Shown here: one piece after another, positions 16,908 to 25,577 of the stretch
Layout: each line of letters starts with the position of its first letter
Position numbering within the stretch: position 1 is the stretch's first letter
Assembly (NCBI GenBank): GCA_028817755.1
Contig: JAPPPA010000087.1
Coordinates: forward strand, 1 to 32,113
From: Gammaproteobacteria bacterium
GTDB taxonomy: Bacteria > Pseudomonadota > Gammaproteobacteria > JAPPPA01
DNA length: 32,113 nt
Reading direction: 5' to 3'
Translations under genes and position numbers: made by a program
Notes under the pieces: generated by a model
What the model was told of the DNA's origin: nothing
What the model saw: only the letters and a program-made list of their open reading frames with translations
The model's database searches: none

Positions 16908-16985
16908 AGCGATATATCAAACGGTCGTTTTTTGAGTCTAATACATCGCGTTAGATTGGCAAGTTGTTGACCGAAAATTTATTAA

Positions 16986-17975
16986 CTATTCACCTATATA
17001 GCCCTGCTCTAGAAACCACTGAAAGGCTTTATTTACGGCGCTTTCAGTGGAAATTTCAGGTTTGAAATTGAGTTCTTTTTCTGTTTGTTTTCCGTCTAGG
17101 TGTTGTCCGGCTGACATGACAGCAATGGCAGTTTCAGACACTTTGGGCGGTTTGCCACCCAGTTTGTAGACTGTGGTCTGGATTTGATTTACCGCTTTCG
17201 CCATTCCCAATGGCACGGCTTTCGGTGTTGGGCGATTGCTGAGCTTGCTAATAATGCTAACCAGGGTGTCCATATCTGTGTTTTCACCGGTTAACAGGTA
17301 ACGCTTTCCTGGTTGGCCCTTCTCTGCGCAGGCCAGTAATCCGCGGCCGGCGTCACCTGCGTAAATCACATTTCGCTGGCCGCGCACATAGGCTGGTAAC
17401 GTGCCGTTGGCGATTTCGGTAATGAGCTGGCCAGTGCTGGGCCCGTAATCAAACTCCCCAAAAGTCATGCTGGGAATACCAACGACAACAGGCAAGCCAT
17501 TGTTAGCTTGCGCTAATGCTTGCTTATCCATTGTCCACTTCACTTGTAGATAAGCGTTCTTGTTGTTTGGGGTTTGTGGATAGTACAAGTCAGCGTGGCC
17601 CGGGTCGCCAGAGGGGTTTTTCGGTAACGCAATGGAGCCACCTAGATAGACAATCTTTTTAAGCGGATGAATGGCGCAGGCATCGTAAAACTTCTGCATC
17701 TGGTAAGTGGCCGCTTTAACTTCGTCCTTCCAGTGCTTAGGTGTGGTTGGGTAGTAAGCCGCGCAGTTGATAACGGCATCAACACCTTCTAACGCCCTTT
17801 CCATCCATTGGCGTTTATCTAATGTGGCAACGCGTCGCTCACCTTGAATGTCCTCAATCCGGGCTAGGTCGCTATTGGGTCGGTGCAGCACGATTACCTC
17901 ATGCCCAGCAGCTTGTGCCGCCAATGCAGTGTGGTGTCCTAACATTCCGGTAGCGCCGAGAATGGCAATGCGCAT
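16986..17975 (-). CDS. NAD-dependent epimerase/dehydratase-family (extended SDR) protein
   Basis: N-terminal MRIAILGATGMLGHH Rossmann motif. The size and layout are typical of dihydroflavonol-reductase-like or epimerase SDRs. Confidence 0.75.
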   Translation of the reverse strand: MRIAILGATGMLGHHTALAAQAAGHEVIVLHRPNSDLARIEDIQGERRVATLDKRQWMERALEGVDAVINCAAYYPTTPKHWKDEVKAATYQMQKFYDACAIHPLKKIVYLGGSIALPKNPSGDPGHADLYYPQTPNNKNAYLQVKWTMDKQALAQANNGLPVVVGIPSMTFGEFDYGPSTGQLITEIANGTLPAYVRGQRNVIYAGDAGRGLLACAEKGQPGKRYLLTGENTDMDTLVSIISKLSNRPTPKAVPLGMAKAVNQIQTTVYKLGGKPPKVSETAIAVMSAGQHLDGKQTEKELNFKPEISTESAVNKAFQWFLEQGYIGE

Positions 17976-18040
17976 GTTCTTACCTTGAGAGAAATGGTGT
18001 TGTCAGTTGGAGGATGCTCCAAAAAGAGTATCTTGAAAAT

Positions 18041-18070
18041 AAAAAAGCCGGCATTTAGCCGGCTTTTTTA
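18041..18070 (-). terminator. Rho-independent terminator of the TraT-like operon (A-tract/T-tract flanked, potentially bidirectional)
   Basis: AAAAAAGCCGGC-ATTTA-GCCGGCTTTTTT, 15 nt downstream of the stop at 18086. Confidence 0.75.
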
Positions 18071-18085
18071 TCGAGTTTTTATGTT

Positions 18086-18781
18086 CTAACGAACCTGTAG
18101 AAACTCATCTACAGCTTTCTCTCGAGTCAAATCCATCGCTTGTTGAAAAGCTTTCATAAGGTTTGGGTATTCTGGTTTCTGATTCCACTCACCCCAAGCG
18201 GCTACTTCTGTATGAATGGGTAATTGCCACACAATATTGTTGTTGCGCAGGTCGACCAATTGGGCTGTAGCATTGGTTAGCCCGGTTGGATCACTCATTG
18301 GAATGAAACCGTAGTAGGCGCGTGCGGAGCCCAATGTGTTCACCTGTAATAAATATAGGTAATCAGCGTTGTGCCGAGACCGAAGACTAGAAAAGTCCTT
18401 TGCGGTTTGTACGTTCGCTTTGCCGCCAGACTTAGGCAGTGCGTTGAGATCGATAGGCCCAATTTGTTTAACTTCAGCCCCGCGAGCGGTTAGGCCCTTA
18501 GCAACGTCTGAAATGGTTTGCTGGATCGGTTTGAGGTCTGCTTGCTTTAGTCGGTCACTGACGGGTGATGTCACTGCGGCAGCGATCGCTAAGTCAAGCA
18601 GGCCTTGGCTGCCCATTTTGTGCAAGCCGGGCTCAGGTAGCGTGTTGCTGGCGACTGCCACCGTTTTATTTTCGATGCCTTGCCAAAAATTGCCTCGATT
18701 GTCGATCGATTTAGGTGCGGTTACGCACCCAGCCATAACTAAACAGGCTACCCCAAAGCTAGCAAGCTTTAACCCTTTCAT
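18086..18781 (-). CDS. Lipoprotein of unknown function (231 aa)
   Basis: MKGLKLASFGVACLVMAGC is a signal peptide plus lipobox. AGGGGA SD. It lies 26 bp downstream of the TraT-like gene. I recognise no family, but it shares the short motif YL(Y)LLQVNTL with the TraT-like protein. Confidence 0.7.
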   Translation of the reverse strand: MKGLKLASFGVACLVMAGCVTAPKSIDNRGNFWQGIENKTVAVASNTLPEPGLHKMGSQGLLDLAIAAAVTSPVSDRLKQADLKPIQQTISDVAKGLTARGAEVKQIGPIDLNALPKSGGKANVQTAKDFSSLRSRHNADYLYLLQVNTLGSARAYYGFIPMSDPTGLTNATAQLVDLRNNNIVWQLPIHTEVAAWGEWNQKPEYPNLMKAFQQAMDLTREKAVDEFLQVR

Positions 18782-18807
18782 TTTTGTCCCCTAAGTAAGA
18801 TTAAGGC

Positions 18808-19530
18808 CTAGAACAGGCCGCTAATAGATTGAGATACCCCGTTCACCATCTCTGGTGCAGCCATGCCCCATTCCAGGTTGGCCTTGTTGGCTGTGCTAAC
18901 AACTCGTGTTTGGTAGCGTTTCCAATTTGATTCTTCTTCGTAGTAGTTGGTGGTGCTGCCGCTAGAGCCTTGTTGTAGCTGGTGCTTGCTGGTGCTGCGC
19001 ACAACGCCTTTACTTCGCTCGGATACTTGAATATCGGTAATGCTGGCGAAGGTGACGTCTTTAACTAATAGCCCTGAAACCCATTCGATAGCAGCACCGG
19101 TAATGCCCGCGGTAGCTAGCCCGCTACCGCTCCGGGTGCCCGTAGCATAGGCAAGTGCGGCTCCAGTAAGCGCGCCACCATAGCCAGCATGCAAGTTCGC
19201 ATCAGCCGCTGTGGGATCCATTTTGCCAACGCTGAGCGTGTTTACCTGTAGTAGATAATTTGCCTCTTCTGGGTTATCTGTAATGCGATATCCAGCGGCT
19301 TTTAGTTTTTCTATTAAAGGCCGTTGTAATTGGAAGCTAGGTTTGTCAGATGTGTTGCGAGCTTGAATATAGATAACTCGCTTACTTGGCGCGACGGGAT
19401 CTAAAAAGATGCTATCGCTCATTTTGGTTTGAACGTCGAGGTTGCGCTTGGTGATCAGGGTGCCTGTGGCGGCACAGCCCATAATGGAAGCGCTGGCTAC
19501 CACAGCTACTAGCAATTTAAGCAGTTTCAT
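18808..19530 (-). CDS. traT: TraT-family outer-membrane lipoprotein (complement-resistance / surface-exclusion protein homolog)
   Basis: Lipobox IMGC. Blocks collinear with F-plasmid TraT as I recall it: TKRNLDVQTKMSDSIFLDP (KKRNLEVKTQMSETIWLEP), NTSDK, ITDIQVSER (ITDVQIAER), RYQTRVVSTANKANL (KYQTRVVSNANKVNL). The length is similar. Confidence 0.88.
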   Translation of the reverse strand: MKLLKLLVAVVASASIMGCAATGTLITKRNLDVQTKMSDSIFLDPVAPSKRVIYIQARNTSDKPSFQLQRPLIEKLKAAGYRITDNPEEANYLLQVNTLSVGKMDPTAADANLHAGYGGALTGAALAYATGTRSGSGLATAGITGAAIEWVSGLLVKDVTFASITDIQVSERSKGVVRSTSKHQLQQGSSGSTTNYYEEESNWKRYQTRVVSTANKANLEWGMAAPEMVNGVSQSISGLF

Positions 19531-19545
19531 TTTGTGTTCCTGTAA

Positions 19546-19848
19546 TTATGGTTGAGCGGGTGTGCAGCTATCTGCTGAACCTTGGATGCAGCCATCAAGG
19601 CATCGCGCCCTACCTAGCTCGTCGATGGCTGCGCCACCGCCGGCGGTTTTCGAGCAAAGCACTTGGCCAAGGTCGTTTGTTACACAGTCTCCAGGGCCGC
19701 ATAAGGCCAAACCAACGGCGTTTTTTGCAATACCACCTTGCGGTGTGCTTGAACAATAAACTTGTCCATTTTCAGATAGCAGGCAGTCTGCGTTTACTGC
19801 GGCTGGTATAAGTATGAATAGGCCGGTAAATAAACAGCGCAGTAGCAT
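19546..19848 (-). CDS. Small secreted cysteine-rich protein with two internal ~30-aa repeats (100 aa)
   Basis: Signal peptide MLLRCLFTGLFILIPAAVNA, AGGA SD. The mature part holds 8 Cys and two modules: DCLLSENGQVYCSSTPQGGIAKNAVGLALCGPG and DCVTNDLGQVLCSKTAGGGAAIDELGRARCLDG. It is the first gene of the operon. Confidence 0.7.
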   Translation of the reverse strand: MLLRCLFTGLFILIPAAVNADCLLSENGQVYCSSTPQGGIAKNAVGLALCGPGDCVTNDLGQVLCSKTAGGGAAIDELGRARCLDGCIQGSADSCTPAQP

Positions 19849-19963
19849 GATGGCATCCTAAAATTGAAATTATCGCCTTTGGATGTGGAATGTTAACAAC
19901 AAGAAAAACAAACACAACTATTTTGTTTAAAGCCCCGCAGCATGGAGCCAACGGCTCGCCTAA

Positions 19964-22288
19964 CTAGACTAGTTCTTTGGGTGTGTTGTTAGTTTTGTCA
20001 CGGTCTAGCAACATCAGTAGCGGCGGCAGGAAGAGAAAGTCACATATCAGTGCGAGCATGATGGTCATCGCCGTTAACTGGCCCATATGTGCGGTGAGCA
20101 AGTAGCTAGACATGCTGATAATCAGAAACCCGCCAGCCAAAATCATAGTGGTTAAGGTGAGTGCGCTACCTACATTGTGGAAGGCGTAACGTACGGCTTC
20201 TTCCGGGGGCAGGTTGCCTTCGCGCCGGGCACGAAGGTATTTGCTTAAAAAGTGTACGGTGTCGTCCACCACGATACCGAGCGTCATCGAACCTACAATC
20301 GCCAAGCTGATGCCAATCTGGCCCACTAGGAAACCCCATAGGCCGAAGCCCATTAATGCGGGCACCACATTCGGAACGATAGAGATTAGGCCGACGCGGA
20401 GTGATCGCATCATCCACATCATGAGTGCGGAAATCATGATTAATGCGACGAGCATGCCCCCAATCATGCTGTAGAAATTACGTTTGGCGATTTGGGCGAA
20501 CATTAAACCGATGCCCACCGGCTCAGCGCTGCCCACCATGCTACTGGGCATATTTTCAAGCATCCAAGCCTGGGCATCTTTGCTGAGCTCGACCAAAGTG
20601 GTGGCGTCGACATTGTCCATTAGCACGACGAAGCGTGTGAGTTGCTTGTCGGGGTCAATAATGGTGTTAAGGCTTAAGCCTTGGGGTAATGACAGCTCAT
20701 AAAAGAAGAGATACTGAGCTGCTAATTCTTGATTGTCAGGCAGCCGATACCACTCTTCATCGTCGCCATGCATGGTTTTATTCAGGCGTTTGTTGATATC
20801 AACAATGCTGATCACTTTACGCACATTCGGTTGTTGTAAGAACCAGCTTTCCAGTTCTTCCATTTCACGCAAAAACTCGGGGTCATTGACGCCACCTGGC
20901 TCATCGCTGGTGAGCGTGTATTGCATTTGCTGCATGCCAACAACGGTTTCATTTAGGTAGTCGGTTGCGCCCCGGAAAGGAATGTCTTCAGAAAAGTATT
21001 CAGCGTAGTTGTCACCAAAACGGTTCATGGGAATGCCTGCCGATAACAACAAAATCAACGCGCCAACACCCAGCAGTAGAGGTTTTTGATGGTCGATGAC
21101 GATGTCTGCTAGGTAGTCGGTCCAACGGCGTTGAACGTGTTTTTTACCTTTGGCTGGTAGCCACATCATCATTGCTGGCATAAAGAAGGCAGAAAGCAGA
21201 AAGGCGAACATCACACCAACAGCAACAATGTTGCCGAGATCTCTAAACGGTGGAGAGTCACTGAAGTTAAGAGAAAGGAAACCAATAGCGGTGGTGATAG
21301 AGGTCAGAAAAACAGGCTGCAGGTTTAGGCGTAGGCTTTCTAGCATGGCCTCCAGCTTAGTTTTCTGTTTTTCAATGCCGTAGTAGTAGGTCACCAATAT
21401 GTGTACGCAGTCGGCGACCGCGAGTGTCATCACGATCATGCCTGACGACATGCTCGCGGCATTCAGCGTAACCCCCATCCAGCCAGCGCTACCGTAGGCC
21501 GCGAGTGTTGAGAGGATAACCACGGTCCAGGTTGCTAGCGCTGGGATTAAACGACGGAAGTAGGCGATTAGGCCAAATAGAATCAATAGATACGCCGCCG
21601 GGAACAGCGTTTCTAAGTCGTACTGAGTCGTTTGAGCCATGGCGTCGTTCAACATGATTACGCCGCTAATATGGAATTTATGGCCAGGATATTTTTCGCC
21701 GATTTCTGTAGTTAAGGCGCGAATGGCATTGGCTACTTCCGGGACTTCAGCTTCAAGGTTCTCACGTGGTAATGGGGTGGTGATATAGATGGCGGCGGCA
21801 CTGCCGTCGGCGGCAGCGGTATTGCCCACAATTTCGTCGCTGGCGAGAGCAAAGCGCTTAATTTCAGCTGCTTTCTCAGGGCTGATTGGACCTTCATCGG
21901 GGACCAAGGCTTCAACAATAATGTCGTCACCATCGGCATAACTGTTCTGAAAATTAGAGAGGGAGGTAGAACGTAAGGCGTAGGGTAACTCCCAGCCTCG
22001 ACGTGTGAGCTCACGCACCGCACTGAGCGAGTCTGGCGTAAATATGTCGCCGCCTTCCGCTTCGACGCCTACAACCAATAGCTCCTTTTGCTCAAACTGC
22101 GCTTCGAACTCTTCAAAAGCCTGTAGCTGAGGGTTGTCCTCACCAAAATAAATTCGGTAGTCGGTCGTTTGTGCAAGGCGAGCCATGCCGCTGGTTACAA
22201 CGGCGACTACCGCAAGGCAAAGCAGCACAGTGGTGAGTGGTCGGTTTACGATAAATCGACGCGACGTTTCGAAATCATTTTTGATCAT
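19964..22288 (-). CDS. RND-superfamily exporter of the MMPL / HpnN-like (COG1033) type, 774 aa
   Basis: The two-fold architecture is TM1, large periplasmic loop, 5 TM, then the same again. Hydrophobic blocks such as MTLAVADCVHIL and MTLGIVVDDTVHFLSKY are typical of the SSD-like core of MMPL/RND exporters. Confidence 0.8.
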   Translation of the reverse strand: MIKNDFETSRRFIVNRPLTTVLLCLAVVAVVTSGMARLAQTTDYRIYFGEDNPQLQAFEEFEAQFEQKELLVVGVEAEGGDIFTPDSLSAVRELTRRGWELPYALRSTSLSNFQNSYADGDDIIVEALVPDEGPISPEKAAEIKRFALASDEIVGNTAAADGSAAAIYITTPLPRENLEAEVPEVANAIRALTTEIGEKYPGHKFHISGVIMLNDAMAQTTQYDLETLFPAAYLLILFGLIAYFRRLIPALATWTVVILSTLAAYGSAGWMGVTLNAASMSSGMIVMTLAVADCVHILVTYYYGIEKQKTKLEAMLESLRLNLQPVFLTSITTAIGFLSLNFSDSPPFRDLGNIVAVGVMFAFLLSAFFMPAMMMWLPAKGKKHVQRRWTDYLADIVIDHQKPLLLGVGALILLLSAGIPMNRFGDNYAEYFSEDIPFRGATDYLNETVVGMQQMQYTLTSDEPGGVNDPEFLREMEELESWFLQQPNVRKVISIVDINKRLNKTMHGDDEEWYRLPDNQELAAQYLFFYELSLPQGLSLNTIIDPDKQLTRFVVLMDNVDATTLVELSKDAQAWMLENMPSSMVGSAEPVGIGLMFAQIAKRNFYSMIGGMLVALIMISALMMWMMRSLRVGLISIVPNVVPALMGFGLWGFLVGQIGISLAIVGSMTLGIVVDDTVHFLSKYLRARREGNLPPEEAVRYAFHNVGSALTLTTMILAGGFLIISMSSYLLTAHMGQLTAMTIMLALICDFLFLPPLLMLLDRDKTNNTPKELV

Positions 22289-22309
22289 ATCGGCGGGTCA
22301 CAGGTTTTC

Positions 22310-22339
22310 TTGCACTCAAGGTATACGCTTGTATACTTT
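22310..22339 (+). promoter_or_regulatory. Candidate sigma70 promoter (TTGCAC-N16-TATACT) overlapped by an inverted repeat AAGGTATAC-GCTT-GTATACTTT
   Basis: -35 at 22310-22315, -10 at 22332-22337. The dyad at 22318-22339 has 8/9 complementary arm positions and sits in the 125-bp divergent region between the RND exporter and the hydrolase gene. Confidence 0.45.
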
Positions 22340-22413
22340 GGGTGTCATTGTATCAGTGCTGTTTTTAAAGCGGCATTTATATGGTGCCACTGTCGGATTA
22401 TAAGGAGACCGCT

Positions 22414-23241
22414 ATGACGGAAAACACCGATAGACAGCAAATTGTTCATCGAGATATCGATTTTGGTATTGATGATACCTTGCCGAAACATTGGTTGGAT
22501 AACTGCCCGCATAGAACGCACTTTCTAAACGCGCTATCGATTACCTTTCCAGAGGGAGAGCGTTTTTTCATTCGTAGCGTGCACCGGTTTGCCCATAAGG
22601 CTGAAGATTCTCAACTAAAGGCCGATGTAAAAGCTTTTACGCAGCAAGAAGCCATGCACGGGCGCGAGCATCAAAACCTAAATGATGTGCTAGAGCGACA
22701 GGGCTATCCGGTACAGCGTGTAGAGGCCAGCGCCACAAGAGATCTGCGCCGCTTAGAAAAGTACACCCCGCCGCTGTTTCGTTTAGCCGTTACCGCCTGC
22801 TTGGAGCACTACACCGCATTACTGGCTGAAGTGTTGTTAAAAGATGATTCGCTGTTAAAAAATGCTGAACCACGTATGCAAAAAATGTGGCAATGGCATG
22901 CCATTGAAGAGTCCGAACATAAGGCCGTGGCCTATGATATTTATCAGCTTGCGGCTAAGAGTAAGTGGCAAGCTTGGTGGGTGCGTTGTTTCGCCATGTT
23001 CCACGTCACACTGCGATTCTTCTTCAAAATCCTGACCTTCTATATCTGGTTTCTTAAAGAAGACAAGCAACTATGGAAACCAAAGGGTTGGCTAGTCGCC
23101 TGGTGGTTTCTATTTGGCAAACCGGGGCCGCTACGGAAAATTATTCCCGGCTACTTAGCTTGGTATAAACCGGGGTTTCATCCTTTGAACAGAGATACCA
23201 GTAACTTGCTTGCGCGGTACCTAGAGGAACTTGCTAACTAG
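22414..23241 (+). CDS. Predicted metal-dependent hydrolase (PF10118/COG3687-like)
   Basis: The ATG at 22414 follows AAGGAG. The N-terminal pattern HRDIDFGIDDTLPKHWLDNCPHRTHFLNALSITFPEGERFFIRSV, together with QEAMHGREH and EESEHKAV His/Glu clusters, matches this family as I recall it. Confidence 0.7.
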   Translation: MTENTDRQQIVHRDIDFGIDDTLPKHWLDNCPHRTHFLNALSITFPEGERFFIRSVHRFAHKAEDSQLKADVKAFTQQEAMHGREHQNLNDVLERQGYPVQRVEASATRDLRRLEKYTPPLFRLAVTACLEHYTALLAEVLLKDDSLLKNAEPRMQKMWQWHAIEESEHKAVAYDIYQLAAKSKWQAWWVRCFAMFHVTLRFFFKILTFYIWFLKEDKQLWKPKGWLVAWWFLFGKPGPLRKIIPGYLAWYKPGFHPLNRDTSNLLARYLEELAN

Positions 23242-24314
23242 GGCTTGCATTTAAGTAGCGTGTGTCCCCAGTGGTTTCCATTGGTTTTTTCGGTTACGAC
23301 AAAGCCTGCTTTTTCCAAGCATGGAATAAATACCGTAGATCGGTACATCTGGCTATTGCCGTTCGCGATAGCAGTGAAATACAGGGAGGTCATTTGTAAG
23401 CTGAACGCTCCGGCTTCGTACGGTTGCTCATCCCAGAAGTGCTCTAAAATATAGGCTTGTCCTCTAGAGGTTAGTGCGGGCTTAACTCGTTGCATGATTG
23501 ACGTGATCTCTGCTTCACCAAAACAGTCGAGAAACTGACTCATCCATACAGCGTCATATTTGCCAGGAATCTGCTGGTTTTCGTCCAGTAAATCTACCGC
23601 AATAAAGCTTATACGGTCACTGAGGCCGGCAGCTTCGACCTTCTTCTTGGCCATGTCTAGCTGGCCGGGAAGATCAGCGATCGTGATGTGTAGGTCGCTA
23701 GTGTTTGTGGCGCAATACATTGCCCATTTTCCGGTATTGCCGCCAATGTCTAACAACGTTTTAGGTTTGTCTTTGACAACCTCAGGGAGCACTTCGGGAA
23801 ACGCCTGATCGGAATAATAATGGTCAAAAGCAAACCAGCTTTTTTGAACATGGGGCTCAAGGCTACTTAGGGCCTGATAAACGGTGTCCCACTTGCCAAA
23901 TACGCTCAGCCCATCTGGTTGACCGCTTTGAACAGAACTACTCAACGATTGCATTGCTTCGTAGCAAACGTCTTGGGTGAAGTCCATATTGGCAACAGTC
24001 ATTGGGTCGTTAATGAGGAAATGTCCTGTTTTATCTAAGACCCAGTGCTCTTCTTGACCAGCCTTTCCCGGCTTTAGGTAGACAACCCCCATGCCTAGGC
24101 CTGCTTCCAGCAGTACGCGGACACCGTACTCACTTAGCTGCAGTTGCTGTGCAATATTGTCTAGTGACATTCCGTCGCGGCCAGATGCTTGTAAGAGTCT
24201 TAGGATGCCTAGATCGCGTAATGACTTAGCGGCCTGAAACGCTATAGGTGCAAAGGCTAGCTGCTGGGCGGCAGCACGTGCTTCAAGTGCTGAGCGTCTT
24301 TTTTTCATTTCCAA
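23238..24314 (-). CDS. Class I SAM-dependent methyltransferase with N-terminal winged-helix dimerisation domain (O-methyltransferase family 2-like)
   Basis: SAM motif LLDIGGNTGKW with the acidic D of ITIADLP after it. The N-terminal ~90 aa resemble the OMT dimerisation/wHTH domain. GGGGAG SD 6 nt before the ATG. Confidence 0.75.
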   Translation of the reverse strand: MEMKKRRSALEARAAAQQLAFAPIAFQAAKSLRDLGILRLLQASGRDGMSLDNIAQQLQLSEYGVRVLLEAGLGMGVVYLKPGKAGQEEHWVLDKTGHFLINDPMTVANMDFTQDVCYEAMQSLSSSVQSGQPDGLSVFGKWDTVYQALSSLEPHVQKSWFAFDHYYSDQAFPEVLPEVVKDKPKTLLDIGGNTGKWAMYCATNTSDLHITIADLPGQLDMAKKKVEAAGLSDRISFIAVDLLDENQQIPGKYDAVWMSQFLDCFGEAEITSIMQRVKPALTSRGQAYILEHFWDEQPYEAGAFSLQMTSLYFTAIANGNSQMYRSTVFIPCLEKAGFVVTEKTNGNHWGHTLLKCKP

Positions 24315-24332
24315 AATTTACTCCCCTAAAAG

Positions 24333-24364
24333 AAAAAGCCCGCAGGTGTAGCTGCGGGCTTTTT
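24333..24364 (-). terminator. Rho-independent terminator downstream of fadA
   Basis: AGCCCGCAG-(loop)-CTGCGGGCT at 24337-24360, flanked by an A-run and a T-run. On the minus strand it is followed by TTTTTCTTTT. Confidence 0.75.
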
Positions 24365-24385
24365 GACTACTGGTAGCGAACTTTA

Positions 24386-25555
24386 TTAAGACGCTTTTTC
24401 CAGAATGGTCGCAACACCTTGGCCAAGGCCGATGCACATGGTGGCTAGGCCGTACTCGGCGTCGTTTTGGTTCATGATGTGAGCCAATGCGCCGGTGATA
24501 CGGGTGCCAGAGCAACCTAGTGGGTGACCTAGGGCGATAGCGCCGCCTTTGATGTTGATGTTGTCCATCAAATCGGTGTCTTTAATGCCTAGTTCCTTAC
24601 ATACCGCTAGACCTTGTGCTGCAAAGGCTTCGTTTAGCTCAATGTAGTTCATGTCGGTGATATCTAAGCCTGCGGTTTTCAGTGCTTTCTGAGTCGCAGG
24701 AACCGGGCCGCGGCCCATGATGGAAGGCTCACAACCGGCTACGCCAGTGGCTTTAATGCGGGCCATTGGCTTCAGGCCAAGGGCTTTGGCTTTTTCTTCG
24801 CACATGACGATCATGCCGGCAGCGCCGTCAGACAATGCTGATGCGTTACCTGCGGTCACGGTGCCACCACGTGGGTTAAACACAGGGCGCAGTGAAGATA
24901 GGCCGTCGAAGCTAGCGTCTGCACGAGCCACTTCGTCAGTGTCGCAAACCACGGCGTTGCCGTCTTTGTCGTGGCCGACTACTGGGATGATTTCCCCCTT
25001 GTAGTTGTCGCCTTGTTGCTCAGCAATGGCTTTCTGGTGAGAAGCCAGTGAGAACTGATCTTGCTCTTCACGGGTAATGCCGTGCATTTTGCCGAGTAGT
25101 TCCGCAGTTAGGCCCATCATGCCAGCAGCGGCAGCGGTGTTAACCGATAGCGCTGGGTTGGCGTCGTAACCATGAGTCATGGGTACGTGGCCCATATGCT
25201 CTACACCACCTACCAAGTAGGTGTCGCCCATGCCAGCAGCGATGTTTGCTGCGGCAATGTGGATTGAGGTCATTGAAGAACCACATAGGCGGTTAACGGT
25301 TTGCGCAGGAACGCTGGTAGGAATACCGGCCAATAGCGCGGCGTTACGGCCGATGTTGTAGCCCTGCTCTAGGGTCTGCTGTACGCAGCCCCAGATAACG
25401 TCATCAATGTCTTCTGGGTTGATCGCTTCGTTACGCGCTAGTAGCGCTTTCATTACTTCGGCAGAAAGGTTTTCTGCACGAACATTACGAAACATGCCGT
25501 TCTTTGAACGACCCATTGCCGTACGAGCGGCGTCGATAATTACTGCATTTGCCAT
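24386..25555 (-). CDS. fadA: 3-ketoacyl-CoA thiolase (acetyl-CoA C-acyltransferase), beta subunit of the fatty-acid oxidation complex
   Basis: Active-site blocks VNRLCGSSM and [19 protein letters not shown], 389 aa, located 22 bp downstream of fadB. Confidence 0.93.
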   Translation of the reverse strand: MANAVIIDAARTAMGRSKNGMFRNVRAENLSAEVMKALLARNEAINPEDIDDVIWGCVQQTLEQGYNIGRNAALLAGIPTSVPAQTVNRLCGSSMTSIHIAAANIAAGMGDTYLVGGVEHMGHVPMTHGYDANPALSVNTAAAAGMMGLTAELLGKMHGITREEQDQFSLASHQKAIAEQQGDNYKGEIIPVVGHDKDGNAVVCDTDEVARADASFDGLSSLRPVFNPRGGTVTAGNASALSDGAAGMIVMCEEKAKALGLKPMARIKATGVAGCEPSIMGRGPVPATQKALKTAGLDITDMNYIELNEAFAAQGLAVCKELGIKDTDLMDNINIKGGAIALGHPLGCSGTRITGALAHIMNQNDAEYGLATMCIGLGQGVATILEKAS

Positions 25556-25577
25556 GGTCTTAATCTCCTAGGCTTGC

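Noticed and set aside
18007-18022. A small hairpin TTGGAG-GATG-CTCCAA in the leader of the epimerase-family gene.
   Set aside because: The stem is only 6 bp, it has no obvious link to the SD or start codon, and no conservation information is available. It is probably incidental.
18808-19530. The TraT homolog as evidence for an integrated conjugative element or plasmid fragment.
   Set aside because: The window contains no relaxase, T4SS, integrase, transposase, tRNA attachment site or flanking direct repeats. The neighbouring genes are ordinary chromosomal functions.
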